Position numbers and translations under genes: made by a program. The notes under the pieces were generated by a model. The model was not told the DNA's origin. It did not search any database and saw nothing but the letters and a program-made list of their open reading frames with translations. DNA of 64,000 nt. Origin: Nitrosopumilus sp. (GTDB lineage: Archaea; Thermoproteota; Nitrososphaeria; Nitrososphaerales; Nitrosopumilaceae). The stretch spans positions 2,450,871 to 2,514,870 of the forward strand of contig OZ245003.1 in assembly GCA_965223425.1 (NCBI GenBank), given 5' to 3'. Shown piece by piece: positions 39,489 through 49,721 of this stretch; position 1 is the first letter of the stretch, and the number at the start of each line of letters is the position of its first letter.

Positions 39489-39706
39489 AAAATCGGATTC
39501 TGATTCTGGAGTAGATATCATAGGATGTCTTGATGGGAAAGAATCTGCAGTTGGAGAAGTAAAATCTACCATTCCTGTTGGAGGAAACAGGTTAGGCGGT
39601 GCTCAAGCAAAAAGCATAAAACACGATCTTGATAAAATGAAAAAATATCCTGACGCTTACATTATTCAGTCTTCCCAGAAGACCAAGTTTTCCTCTGAAC
39701 TGTAAC
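39489..39706 (+). pseudogene. Remnant of a PD-(D/E)xK nuclease-like gene
   Basis: Hand translation SGVDIIGCLDGKESAVGEVKSTIP...AQAKSIKHDLDKM; no clear start. Confidence 0.4.
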
Positions 39707-39920
39707 CAGTAATTCGTGATTCTGCCGATTCTGGATGCGTGTGATTCTTTGTAGTAGAAAGTTTCTCCTTTTGGTAATCTCTACGAAGTACTTCTAGGAA
39801 GACTGATACCAGGCCCTGGCCGCAATTGCAGGATCCGGATACGTTGAAGATTCTCCAATCTCACCTGGCAGTTAGCCGTACTGTCCTTGATTGGGCGGGG
39901 TGTCGTTATTATTGGCGTCC

Positions 39921-42900
39921 CTAGTTTAGCAGCCCGCGCTGCCCGAGGTACGACAGCGCTGCGACAAACTCCTGCGCAGTCAGGCCGTCACCGCCGTCAT
40001 CTGCATCAAGGAACCACTTTGCTGTCTGCTTAAAGTATGGGGGGATGCTGGTGCCCTCTATTCCGAACTGGGCTAAAAGCTGCGAGTCAGATGCGGACTG
40101 GGACGCAAATCCGCCCCACTGCTTTAGGGTGTCAAGCTGTTCTGCGGTGAAGCCCTGTCGGGGTTGTTGTTGTTGTGGTTGCTGTTTGTCTGCAGTGTCA
40201 GCTGCGGTGCCGTTGCTGCTGCCGGTGGTTGTTGTGGTTGTGCCGTTGCCGCTGCCGGTGGCTGGGGTGGCGGTACTGCTGCTGCTACTGCTGCCGCCGC
40301 CTCCACCTCCGCCGCCGCCTCCGCTGCTGCTGCCGCCTCCGCTGCTGCTGCCGCCACTGCTGCTGCTGCCGCCTTTCCTTCCCTCAGACACCACAAGGGC
40401 GTCCTCAAGGTGGATGTAAAGCGCGTTTCTGCTGGTGTCCCACAGGCGGTACAGCACGTCAGAGAGCGGAACCTTCTTGGCAAAGGTTATAACAAACTCA
40501 AACTGCGCCTTTGTGGCGTCGATGGCAGACGCATCCACGGTGGCGCTGGCAATCAGGCCGTGCGGATCAGTTATCCGGATGTTGCCTGAATCGTAGGTCA
40601 CGTGGGTTTCCGTGCCGTCGTTGTGTATTGTCCTGCCGTCGTGTGCGACAAACATGTCGACGTGCCGCACGTTTTGCGCCCCGCCGTTCTCGTATACTGT
40701 GAGGGTGCTGAGAAGCCTCTCGCCGCTGCCTGCGCGTATCGTGGCAGTGTGGGGAGAGTCAATCGTGTCAGGGCCGTACTTTACCCCGTCGTATACCAGG
40801 GGGTACTGGCCCGCATCAAAGCCCGTGCGGATTGAGGGGGCAGAGACGTCTCCGCTGCTGCCACCGCCGCCACCAGAGGAGACAAGGCTCCCAAGGGTGC
40901 CTGATGAGTGATAATACCTGAATTCCGGCTCAAAGGAGGTTCCGCTGCCTGCATCAAGGGAGAGGACAAAGTAGTCAGCCTGCAGCAGGTCGCCGTACTC
41001 GTTGAGCGTGGTGTTGCCCATGGCAGGGTCTGTGTAGTGCCCGTTTGCGTTGTCTGCTACCTGCGCGATGTTGCCAATCAGGCCCTCGTTGACTGTATTA
41101 CCTGCAGGGCCGCCGTTGAGGTGTATGGCAGTGCCGAGTATGTATACTGCGTCATATGCCGCATAAGAGTATACGTCAGCGTTGTCCACGGAGCGGTCTA
41201 TCCTTTTGTTTGCCTCGTTTTGGTCTATTGCAAGGGTGAGCACGTTATAGTCGGTGCGCTCAAGGAATGTCTTGCGCTTCTCGTCCCGTGGGGCATCACC
41301 CTCAAGCAGCTTTGATGGCGCCACGGCGTCGCTGCCGTACCACTTTGCTGCAGGCAGGTTTGCAGTGGCTGCAGCCTCGTCGAGTATGTCAAGGGTCTCG
41401 TTAAATCCGAACACCACCACTGCGGGGGTCTTTTCACTGACGGAATCATGGCTTAGCGTGTCATTCAGCAAGGCAAGCGTGTCAGCAAATGACTCTGTGC
41501 CGGTGCCGTATGGTATTCCGCCGTGTACGGTTATTTCGCTGTTGGTATTGTTATGAAGAGTCTGGTTCAGTGCTACCCCCCACGCGTCGTTGCGGAACAC
41601 CGGAATCACGTAATCGATGGAGTCTGCCTCAAAGAGGCTGACGTACGCCCTGACGGTGTTGGAATCGTCAGGGACGGTCCTAAAGATGCGGTCGTCCTTC
41701 TGTTTGAGATCCTCTGTGGGCGCAGTGGATGCGTAGCTTATGGCAAGCCTTGGCGGATTGTCAAACAGGGTGTTGTTCTTGACTTCAGACAGCGCCTCAC
41801 TTGTGAGGGGGCCCACAATGGAGGTTATGTTGCTGCCTGCAAGCAGTTCCAGTGCTGCAATTGCGCCCTCAGAAGTAGACCCGTCATCATGTGCAGATAC
41901 TGCAAGCCTCCATGCGGCCTCGTTTGGCGCAAGGTATCTGTCGTTAAAGTCATTTACTGCCAGGTGTATGGTGTCATTTGCAGGTATGCCAAGTGACGAG
42001 ATGGAGCCCGTAGTCGAGACGATTGCGCCTATGGTTACCGTGGCAGGTGCGCGCACGGTGAGTGTCTCTGTGATTGTGTGGGTGTTGGGCGGAACGGCCG
42101 AGTCAGAGACTGTATACTGTATGGTGTAGCTTCCGATGGCAGGCATGGTATTGTTAATGGAGTTGATCTTGTTTTCGTCAGTGGTGACAGCAGCATCGCC
42201 GGCGCCGCTGTAATACCTTATCTCTATGCTGGTCGGAGGGCTGCCAGTCTCTGTGATGTTTTCTATCTTGCCGTTCCTGTAGGTCTGGCCTTCTGTTAGG
42301 GACGTCTCAAAGTCGCCTGTGTGGACGTCTACCCTAAAGGTTGGAGGCGTGGTGTCAGGTGCAGAAAGGTGCAGGACAACATGGAGTTCTGCAGAAAGGC
42401 CGCGTGAATCGGTGCAAGTGTAGAAGATGGAGTACCTGCCTTCTGTGTCTTTATCATACGCCGGACTTGCCTCATGCGTGAGTTGGACGGTGTCACCGTC
42501 CGGGTCAGAGCATGTTACGCCCAGCTCATCAAGCTCAAATCCGGTATTGCGGTCCAGCGTGATTCTGGTAGTAGAGATTTGGTCGGTGTCCACCGTATGC
42601 GAGATGACAGGAGGGTTGTTGGCCGGTGGTGATGTGGTGTCACCCGGTGGCCGGCTTACGTTGGTTATGGTCATGGTGTGTTGTGCAGAATCTGTGCCGT
42701 CGTCGTTGTCAGTTACCTTCAGCGTGATGACCAGAGAAGTGTCTTTTTCGACCGAGGGGGCCGTAAATGATGCCGTTGCCTGAGAGGGGTTTGTTATTGT
42801 GATGGACGTGTCGTTGGTGGTCCATGCGTATGATGATATGGTGCCGTCAGTGTCTGTCGAGCCGGTCCCGTCAAGGGTTACTGTTGCTCCCTCGTCTGCG

Positions 42901-45900
42901 GTGTCAGGCGCTCTGATTATCGCAGTCGGGGTGACGTTGTCATCCGGCGGTGCAGTAGCCACGGTTATGGTTTCCTCGATTTCAAAGTTGATCGGATTTG
43001 ACACGTCGTCGCGGCCAGAGACGGCATACGTCACGCTCCAGGTTCCCGCCTGGAGCGTTGTTCCGTTAAAGGGAACAGCAGTCTCTTGCCCTGTTGTATC
43101 GCGATACTTTGTGCTGTTGACTGGATTCTTGATATTCGTAATGTCTAGGATTGCGTATGGCTCGTAGACATCAGAGGTGGTGATGTCAGTTGCAAAGTCG
43201 GCGATGTTCCCGTTTACGGTGAATCCGTACACGCTGACTGGCCTTGATATGGTGTCAGACCGGAGGCCGCCAGAATCCGTGCAGGAGTACGTCACCGTGT
43301 GGTTGCCAAGAACGGCCGTGTCAAGTGCGGTGGCATCCACGTCGATTCCCTCGTCTGTGCGTCCGTCCTGGCCATCAATGCAGAAGGCGCCGGGATCGGC
43401 ATCTGCAAAGGCGGCTCCGGCCGGAACAAACAGTGTCAGGGGCGGCGACTTTAGCACTATGGTAGGCGGCGTGTTGTCAGTTGTGGCAGCCCGGATTGTG
43501 ACTGTCACGTTGTGCTCTACTGTGTTGCCGTCAGAGTCTGAGCAGGAGTACGTTATATCGTAGGTGCCTGCAGAGGAGGTGTCTATTGTATCGACTGGCT
43601 GGCCTCCAGACGAGATGGCCCTTTCAATCCCGGTGTTGGTGATGTCGCCGTCTTTGTGGTCTGTGCAGGATGCTGCGGGGATGCTGTATGATGCGTTGAT
43701 TGCAAGCGTGACTGCGGTGTCTGCGGGCGTTACTGCAAGCACGGGGGCTGCAGGACCGAAATCCCAGGTGACTGTGACGGTATCAGCTTGTTTGCCGGCA
43801 GCATCCGTGCAGGAGTACGTTATGGTATGGGTGCCAGCAGACGAGGTGTCCACCGTGGCAGGATCCAGCGTGATTGAGGGGGTATCGTCCCTGTTGTCCG
43901 TGCAGGATACTGCGGACTGCAGGCCGCCGTCACCTGCTGCTGCAAAGCCGACATCCTGCCGTACGACATGCGTGCCGTTTGCCAGGGTGGTCACTATGCC
44001 GGGGTTGACTGCAAGCACGGGTGGCGTGTTGTCAGGCGTGCCTACATGAAGCGTCCTGCTGGTTTCTGCGTCGTTGTTACTAGAGTCCGAACATTTGTAG
44101 GTTATCGTGTGTTCCCCTGTAGCGTCCTGGTATCCGTCAGGGAGGGAAGAGTTTGTAAATTCAAGATAAAAGGGAAGGTCTCGGTCATCAGTCTGATGTT
44201 TGATATTGTCAGTGCACGTGGCAGTCTCATTAAATAGTTCTCCTATATCCAGATCTATGTTGCCATCTCCGTGCAGGTCAATTACAGGCGGGGTGTCATC
44301 AACCAGGTATACAGATCTGCCCTCCCCCACAGAGTTTCCTTCAGAGTCAGTACACACATAGGTTACAGACTGTATGTCAAAAGGGGAATACGTGAAGAGT
44401 TGTGTTCCAAGAACGACACTGAAATCGCTAAAATCAGGATCCTGTTCAGAGTGATAGTAGACATTCAGAAACACCGTCTGATTCAGGTGTGGCGGGTTTT
44501 CATAGTCGCCGGTGTCAGCTATGTCGTTTCCGTCTGCGTCATGGCACAGGACGCCCTTGTCGGTGTACGGTTCCCCGTACGGGTGCGATATAAAGTCATC
44601 GCCGATCAGGTGGATGTGAAGACCTGCAGGATGTCCCGCAACAGCGGTGACAGTTGCAGTTGCCAGCGGGTTGCCTGCCGCATCTGAGACGCTCCCCGCA
44701 GCGGCATCGTATGTTACGTCAGGCGTTGCGTCACTGGGCATGACCGGTTTTTGCAGCGTCAGGGTTGCAGTGCTGCCGGTACCGTCAAGGCCGGTGACTG
44801 TAATGACTGTGTTGTAGTTGTCATTGTTGTCTCCCAGCGATACACTCCAGCCGACAAAGTCATCAGAGGCGCCGCTGCGGACAGCCTCGGAGAAGGTGAC
44901 GTCTATCTGGTTTGAGGCAGGACCCGTCCTGGCAGAGACCAGCGTAGGGGCAACGCCGTCAGACAGCGTTTGGCCGACAACTGGAACCAGCGAGATGTCA
45001 GGCACGTGGGCATCGGTAATTCCCGCGCCGATATCCACGGTGCCTGTCGCATCAGTCGCTGTTGTTGTTGCCGTTGTATCAGAGGGGGAATATGAGACAG
45101 TATGGGTTGCAGTCCCGGTGCCGGCCACCACACCGACTGTCTGCCCCCTGCCGTCAATTACAAGGTTGGTGTAATCGGTGCTGTTTCCGTGTACTGCCTT
45201 GTTATACACTATTTCAAACTGCGTCGCACTGACCACGCTGGCAGACACTATAGCAGGCGTACCCACGCCTGCAAGCACCGTTACTGCCACCGTGTCACGG
45301 TCTGCGTTGCCTGTTTCGTCACTTACCGTCAGCGTGAACTCCAGTACGATGGGGGGCCCCGAGTCTGCCACTGCAGGTGATGTGAACGCCGGTTTTTGCA
45401 GGGTGTGATCATCCAGTGCCACGTTCCCCGGGCCTCCAGTCTGCTCCCACAGGTATGCCAGGGTGTCGCCGTTTGCGTCATACGAGCCGGTGCCGTCAAG
45501 GGACACTGCCGTGTTCGTATATGCAAAGACGTCAGGGCCTGCCCTTGCCACAGGCAGGGTGTTTTGGACCTCACGCAGCCCAAATGACCCGAGCTGGTTT
45601 GGGAGGGCCCCGGGATCAAAGGGTTTGGCAGGGGGCGCCAGAGCGTACCCTTTTACTGCGGGCGTCAGGCCGGATACCGAATCAGGAAAGTCATCGCCTG
45701 CGCTCTCATCTAGCACGAACATGCGGGTGCCGTCAGCGGAGAAGGCCACATCTGAGGGCTCAAACGGCAGTTCCACGTCAACAAAGGACAGGGAACCAGA
45801 GGAAAGGACGCTGAATACGGACGGCCCTGGGCTGAATGATCCCGCGTGTGCGGCACTTGAGATGTTCCAAGCCTCTGAAAGCGCAAACTCGTTTATGAGG

Positions 45901-48900
45901 TTTTTATCAGGCACTGCCACGAACATGCGGGAGCCGTCAGCGGAGAAGGCGATGCCTGCAGTGACATCTGCAGCGTCTGCCCGGGGGCCCTGCGCAGAGA
46001 CGCTGTGCGTCAGGAAGGCAGAGGAGGCGTTCCACGCATCAGTAAGGGAAAACTCGTGTATCCGGTCGTTGAGGTCACTTGCGATGTACATGGTGGTACC
46101 GTCCGGCGAGAAGGCAATGCCGCGCAGATCCGTGTTGGGCCCGATGCCGGACAGGGGTAAAGAGTGGGCAGTGTACGAGGAAAAGGATTCAGCAGAGGCG
46201 TTCCACGGGGAGGAGAACGCAAACTCGTGGATGACAGAGCCGTCCAGCGCGTCTGTGGCAAACAGCCTGGTGCCGTCATCAGAGAAGGTTAGGCCCGCCA
46301 TGTAAGTTTCGGGGTTCACCGTGACTGTGCTGTTGACTGGAACGGGCGGTATCAGCGATGACAGCGGGGTGGTGTATGCGTGGGATGCGCCGGATGTGTC
46401 CCACGGGGCAGGCAAACCGTATGCGTGCAGGCTGTTAAAAAAGTCAAGCACAAAGATTGTTGTGCCGTCCTTGGATAGGGTCATGGCGACTGGAAAGTCT
46501 GTCTGCTGGCCGATCGGAACAGAGCCGGCAAGCGTGGTGCCCCCTGAGAGGTCGTTTATGGTGCCGCCTGAACCGGTGCCCGTACCGATGGAGCCGCCCT
46601 TTTGGTATGAGACCTTGACGTCCTGGTTTCCGTGCAGCGTGCCGTTTAGGAGGAGCGTGATGCGGGAGCCGTCAACTGACACGGAGGTGACATGCGGGGC
46701 AGCGTGGAGATTATCATCATCACCTGCATGCACAGTAGCATTAACAGGCGTTACTGCTGAGGGGGCCACAGACAGCGCAAAGTCGCCGGGAGCGACACCG
46801 GCGTCAGCTACTGCCTCTGAAAGCCCGATGTGAATGGCAGTGGAGTTGGACGTGTGGGCAGACTTTGGTATGGGGGGCGCCATATCTATGGTTCCATCAA
46901 AGGTCCCCGTGTGCGCGGCGTTCCCGTTGGTGTCCTCCACGCTTCCTCCGGATTCAGAATCATACGTGATGTCAGGCGGATCGGCAGTGGAGCCGTTACG
47001 CCCGGAGATGCCAAGCGTTATCTTGTTGGCGGCGCCTGCGGGATCCGAGTTGAAATGTACTGTTCCACCTCCGGCAGACAGCCCGAACCCGGAGCCGTCA
47101 GTCGCATCAGATTTCACGTCGACTGGCTCGCTGTAGGTCAGGACTATGGTGCCTGCCCCGAGCATGGAGGCATCAACAATTACGGGTGACACCGTATCGC
47201 GGACTGTAACCGGGCGGACCACGGGGCCTGTGTGAATGTTGGTGTCTGGATCAGTACAGTAGTAGCTGACCTCGTAGAAGCCCACGGTGAGTGCGTCAAC
47301 TGGTGCGGTAAAGTTTATCACGAGGTTCTCCGGGGAGAGCGTGTCATCGCCTGCACCGTCAATGCATACGGCGCCCGGCTCGTCGTATCCGGAGCCCCAC
47401 TCCACAAAGTGCGGGTTGTCGCCGTTTAGCGTGATTGCGGGGGGCCTTGGATCAAATATTATTACGGTCTCAGTTATTGTGTGCGAGTTGCCAGAGGCAT
47501 CAGTGACGGTGTATGTGACGTAGTAGGTTCCCGGAATGTCCGTGTTGACTGCCTCGGCGTTCTCTGTGCTCTGGGTGAACTGGTCGCGGTCAGTCACGTT
47601 TAGGATCGTGCCTGCAACGTACGTGCCCCCAAGGTTTATGGTGGTGGTATAGTCTGCGTCGTGCTCATCGACTACAAATGCGGGCTTTACGGTGTCGCGG
47701 ACTGCGACTTTGCGGATCATGGTGTCGGCCCTGCTGCTGTCGCTGCCGCTGTCATCTGCTGCACAGTCGTAGGTAACTTGGTACTCCCCCACGGCAAGCC
47801 TGTTGACACTGTCGCTGTTTATGATGACTTTGCTTGTTAGGTCGGTGCCGTCTGCATCATTACACGTGGCCCCGGACTCTGTATAGTTGGCGCCGCCAAG
47901 CTCCATCAGGTGCGGGTTCACACCGAAAAGTTTGATTACTGGCGTGGTCTGGCCTGCAACAGAACTTGCCGAGATGTCTATTATCTGGACGCCGCTGTCA
48001 CCTTGTGACGCGACCAGGGCGTACGTGCTGTTGTCGATAGTTACTGTGGTGATGGCCTGTGCGCCGTTAAGCTCGTCAAATGTCCTGTTTGCACCGGCGA
48101 TTGGAACAGTATCTCCGTCACCAAAGGAGGCTGTCGGGAAGGGGTTTGAGGAATTGGTAATGTCGATTATCTGGACGCCGCTGTCACCTTGTGACGCGAC
48201 CAGGGCGTAGATACTGGTGCCTATCTCTACTGTGGTGATGCCATATGGGCGGTCAAGCTCGTCATATGTCCTGTTTGCATTGCCGACTGTGACACGATCC
48301 CCTTCATCAAAGGAGAAGGTCGGGAAGGGGTTTGTGGGATCTGTAATGTCGACTATCTGGACGCCGCTGTCAGCGTTTGCTGTGACCAGGGCGTAGGTAC
48401 TGGTGTCGATAGTTGCTGTGGTGATGCCCCGTGGTGTTCTAAGCTCGTGAAATGTCCCATTTACCCCGTCGACTGTGACGAGCTCCCCGTCATTAAAGGA
48501 GGCTGTCGGGAAGGGGTTTGCGGGATCTGTAATGTCGATTATCTGGACGCCGTGCTCATAGGATGCTGCGACCAGGGCGTACGTGCTGGAGTCTATCTTT
48601 ACGGTGGTGATGTCAAATCCCTCGTCAAGATTGTCAAATGTCCCAGTTACCCCGTCGACTGTGACGGTGTCCCCGTCATTAATGGAGGCTGTCGGGAAGG
48701 GTTTTGCGGGATCTGTAATGTCGACTATCTGGACGCCGACATCACGGACTGACGAGACCAGGGCGTAGGTACTGGAGTCTATCTTTACTGTGATGATGGC
48801 ACGTGCAAATTGAAGCTCGTGAAATGTCCCAGTTACCCCGTCGACTGTGACGGTCTCCCCGTCACCAAAGGAGGCTGTCGGGAAGGGTTTTGCGGGATTG

Positions 48901-49358
48901 GTAATGTCGATTATCTGGACGCCGCTGTCAGTGTCTGATGCGACCAGGGCGTAGGTACTGGTGCCGATAGTTGCTGTGGTGATGCCCCGTGGACTTGTAA
49001 GCTCGTCAAATGTCCCAGTTACCCCGTCGACTGTGACGGTGTCCCCTTCATCAAAGGAGGCTGTCGGGACGGGGTCTGCTGGATTGGTAATGTCGATTAT
49101 CTGGACGCCGTCGTCACGATATGCTGCGACCAAGGCGTAGGTGCTGTTGCCTATCTTTACCGTGGTGATGTCATTTGCAAAATCAAGCTCGTCAAATATC
49201 TTGCCGGTGGAATGTCTCTGGTCGTCAGTGATAGAGGCTACTGGAACAGGCGAATCTATCGTGGCTTCCGCAAAGGGGATGCAAAGTGGAATCAGAAGAA
49301 CAAGCGCTGTTGCTACTGCTGCTGTTGCAAGCAATGGCGGTTTTATCAGTCGTCGCAA
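39921..49358 (-). CDS. Giant (3145 aa) multidomain surface protein/adhesin
   Basis: Signal peptide; 7 LVIVD-like repeats; DUF5011/Ig-like repeats (VTYSCTD); second propeller (FS.DGTRMFV); PKD-like domains (LDGTGS.D.DG); ABC substrate-binding domain; Gly/Ser linker; C-terminal W-GF..IP..F domain; AGGAG before TTG. Confidence 0.88.
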   Translation of the reverse strand: MRRLIKPPLLATAAVATALVLLIPLCIPFAEATIDSPVPVASITDDQRHSTGKIFDELDFANDITTVKIGNSTYALVAAYRDDGVQIIDITNPADPVPTASFDEGDTVTVDGVTGTFDELTSPRGITTATIGTSTYALVASDTDSGVQIIDITNPAKPFPTASFGDGETVTVDGVTGTFHELQFARAIITVKIDSSTYALVSSVRDVGVQIVDITDPAKPFPTASINDGDTVTVDGVTGTFDNLDEGFDITTVKIDSSTYALVAASYEHGVQIIDITDPANPFPTASFNDGELVTVDGVNGTFHELRTPRGITTATIDTSTYALVTANADSGVQIVDITDPTNPFPTFSFDEGDRVTVGNANRTYDELDRPYGITTVEIGTSIYALVASQGDSGVQIIDITNSSNPFPTASFGDGDTVPIAGANRTFDELNGAQAITTVTIDNSTYALVASQGDSGVQIIDISASSVAGQTTPVIKLFGVNPHLMELGGANYTESGATCNDADGTDLTSKVIINSDSVNRLAVGEYQVTYDCAADDSGSDSSRADTMIRKVAVRDTVKPAFVVDEHDADYTTTINLGGTYVAGTILNVTDRDQFTQSTENAEAVNTDIPGTYYVTYTVTDASGNSHTITETVIIFDPRPPAITLNGDNPHFVEWGSGYDEPGAVCIDGAGDDTLSPENLVINFTAPVDALTVGFYEVSYYCTDPDTNIHTGPVVRPVTVRDTVSPVIVDASMLGAGTIVLTYSEPVDVKSDATDGSGFGLSAGGGTVHFNSDPAGAANKITLGISGRNGSTADPPDITYDSESGGSVEDTNGNAAHTGTFDGTIDMAPPIPKSAHTSNSTAIHIGLSEAVADAGVAPGDFALSVAPSAVTPVNATVHAGDDDNLHAAPHVTSVSVDGSRITLLLNGTLHGNQDVKVSYQKGGSIGTGTGSGGTINDLSGGTTLAGSVPIGQQTDFPVAMTLSKDGTTIFVLDFFNSLHAYGLPAPWDTSGASHAYTTPLSSLIPPVPVNSTVTVNPETYMAGLTFSDDGTRLFATDALDGSVIHEFAFSSPWNASAESFSSYTAHSLPLSGIGPNTDLRGIAFSPDGTTMYIASDLNDRIHEFSLTDAWNASSAFLTHSVSAQGPRADAADVTAGIAFSADGSRMFVAVPDKNLINEFALSEAWNISSAAHAGSFSPGPSVFSVLSSGSLSFVDVELPFEPSDVAFSADGTRMFVLDESAGDDFPDSVSGLTPAVKGYALAPPAKPFDPGALPNQLGSFGLREVQNTLPVARAGPDVFAYTNTAVSLDGTGSYDANGDTLAYLWEQTGGPGNVALDDHTLQKPAFTSPAVADSGPPIVLEFTLTVSDETGNADRDTVAVTVLAGVGTPAIVSASVVSATQFEIVYNKAVHGNSTDYTNLVIDGRGQTVGVVAGTGTATHTVSYSPSDTTATTTATDATGTVDIGAGITDAHVPDISLVPVVGQTLSDGVAPTLVSARTGPASNQIDVTFSEAVRSGASDDFVGWSVSLGDNNDNYNTVITVTGLDGTGSTATLTLQKPVMPSDATPDVTYDAAAGSVSDAAGNPLATATVTAVAGHPAGLHIHLIGDDFISHPYGEPYTDKGVLCHDADGNDIADTGDYENPPHLNQTVFLNVYYHSEQDPDFSDFSVVLGTQLFTYSPFDIQSVTYVCTDSEGNSVGEGRSVYLVDDTPPVIDLHGDGNIDLDIGELFNETATCTDNIKHQTDDRDLPFYLEFTNSSLPDGYQDATGEHTITYKCSDSSNNDAETSRTLHVGTPDNTPPVLAVNPGIVTTLANGTHVVRQDVGFAAAGDGGLQSAVSCTDNRDDTPSITLDPATVDTSSAGTHTITYSCTDAAGKQADTVTVTWDFGPAAPVLAVTPADTAVTLAINASYSIPAASCTDHKDGDITNTGIERAISSGGQPVDTIDTSSAGTYDITYSCSDSDGNTVEHNVTVTIRAATTDNTPPTIVLKSPPLTLFVPAGAAFADADPGAFCIDGQDGRTDEGIDVDATALDTAVLGNHTVTYSCTDSGGLRSDTISRPVSVYGFTVNGNIADFATDITTSDVYEPYAILDITNIKNPVNSTKYRDTTGQETAVPFNGTTLQAGTWSVTYAVSGRDDVSNPINFEIEETITVATAPPDDNVTPTAIIRAPDTADEGATVTLDGTGSTDTDGTISSYAWTTNDTSITITNPSQATASFTAPSVEKDTSLVITLKVTDNDDGTDSAQHTMTITNVSRPPGDTTSPPANNPPVISHTVDTDQISTTRITLDRNTGFELDELGVTCSDPDGDTVQLTHEASPAYDKDTEGRYSIFYTCTDSRGLSAELHVVLHLSAPDTTPPTFRVDVHTGDFETSLTEGQTYRNGKIENITETGSPPTSIEIRYYSGAGDAAVTTDENKINSINNTMPAIGSYTIQYTVSDSAVPPNTHTITETLTVRAPATVTIGAIVSTTGSISSLGIPANDTIHLAVNDFNDRYLAPNEAAWRLAVSAHDDGSTSEGAIAALELLAGSNITSIVGPLTSEALSEVKNNTLFDNPPRLAISYASTAPTEDLKQKDDRIFRTVPDDSNTVRAYVSLFEADSIDYVIPVFRNDAWGVALNQTLHNNTNSEITVHGGIPYGTGTESFADTLALLNDTLSHDSVSEKTPAVVVFGFNETLDILDEAAATANLPAAKWYGSDAVAPSKLLEGDAPRDEKRKTFLERTDYNVLTLAIDQNEANKRIDRSVDNADVYSYAAYDAVYILGTAIHLNGGPAGNTVNEGLIGNIAQVADNANGHYTDPAMGNTTLNEYGDLLQADYFVLSLDAGSGTSFEPEFRYYHSSGTLGSLVSSGGGGGSSGDVSAPSIRTGFDAGQYPLVYDGVKYGPDTIDSPHTATIRAGSGERLLSTLTVYENGGAQNVRHVDMFVAHDGRTIHNDGTETHVTYDSGNIRITDPHGLIASATVDASAIDATKAQFEFVITFAKKVPLSDVLYRLWDTSRNALYIHLEDALVVSEGRKGGSSSSGGSSSGGGSSSGGGGGGGGGGSSSSSSTATPATGSGNGTTTTTTGSSNGTAADTADKQQPQQQQPRQGFTAEQLDTLKQWGGFASQSASDSQLLAQFGIEGTSIPPYFKQTAKWFLDADDGGDGLTAQEFVAALSYLGQRGLLN
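47970..49255 (-). repeat. Seven intragenic repeats (186-bp/62-aa period) forming a predicted beta-propeller
   Basis: TYALV.....GVQI.DI recurs 7 times; DNA scaffold near-identical. Confidence 0.9.
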
Positions 49359-49557
49359 CTCTCAGACTCTCCTGTACTCTTCTTCTCTTACCATTACTGC
49401 TGCTAATCCTTCCACCCCCCCCCCCCCGATGTCAGGCAACATTGTGGCAGGGAAAACAAGACTACAGCAGGAATGACAGAGGCGCAATACGGCTAGCGAC
49501 GGCTTGAAAGCAGATAACTGAAAGGTGTGACTCAACAACTTGATGCTTTTGTTTTGG

Positions 49558-49577
49558 TATTTATATATTTTTTTCAG
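49558..49577 (-). promoter_or_regulatory. Putative BRE/TATA promoter of the giant gene
   Basis: Minus strand GAAAAAAA-TATATAAATA about 200 nt upstream of the start. Confidence 0.45.
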
Positions 49578-49578
49578 A

Positions 49579-49658
49579 CTAGTTTGTTGCATAACTTGGA
49601 TCCTAGGCACGAAATTTACCCAACTTTTGACTGGCTTGGGCGTTATGCAACAAACTAG
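49579..49658. mobile_element. 80-bp MITE related to the IS5 at 12688-13908
   Basis: Perfect 17-bp IR CTAGTTTGTTGCATAAC / GTTATGCAACAAACTAG; shares TGTTGCATAAC and internal GGATCCTAGG with that IS. Confidence 0.8.
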
Positions 49659-49721
49659 CACTCCGAGCTCTTCTGCCTCAGCTTTGCATCATGGTACAGC
49701 AACATCTTCAGCCTTTCATGC

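Noticed and set aside
47970-49255. Diversity-generating retroelement target
   Set aside because: No reverse transcriptase or non-coding template repeat in the window, and the variation does not look confined to adenines
40045-49507. Numerous plus-strand ORFs in the track
   Set aside because: Antisense shadows of the GC-rich giant gene; the same applies to shadow ORFs over the transposases
49359-49661. TGA readthrough or selenocysteine extension of the giant protein
   Set aside because: TTG at 49358 has an AGGAG site and is followed directly by a signal peptide; the upstream frame runs through a MITE
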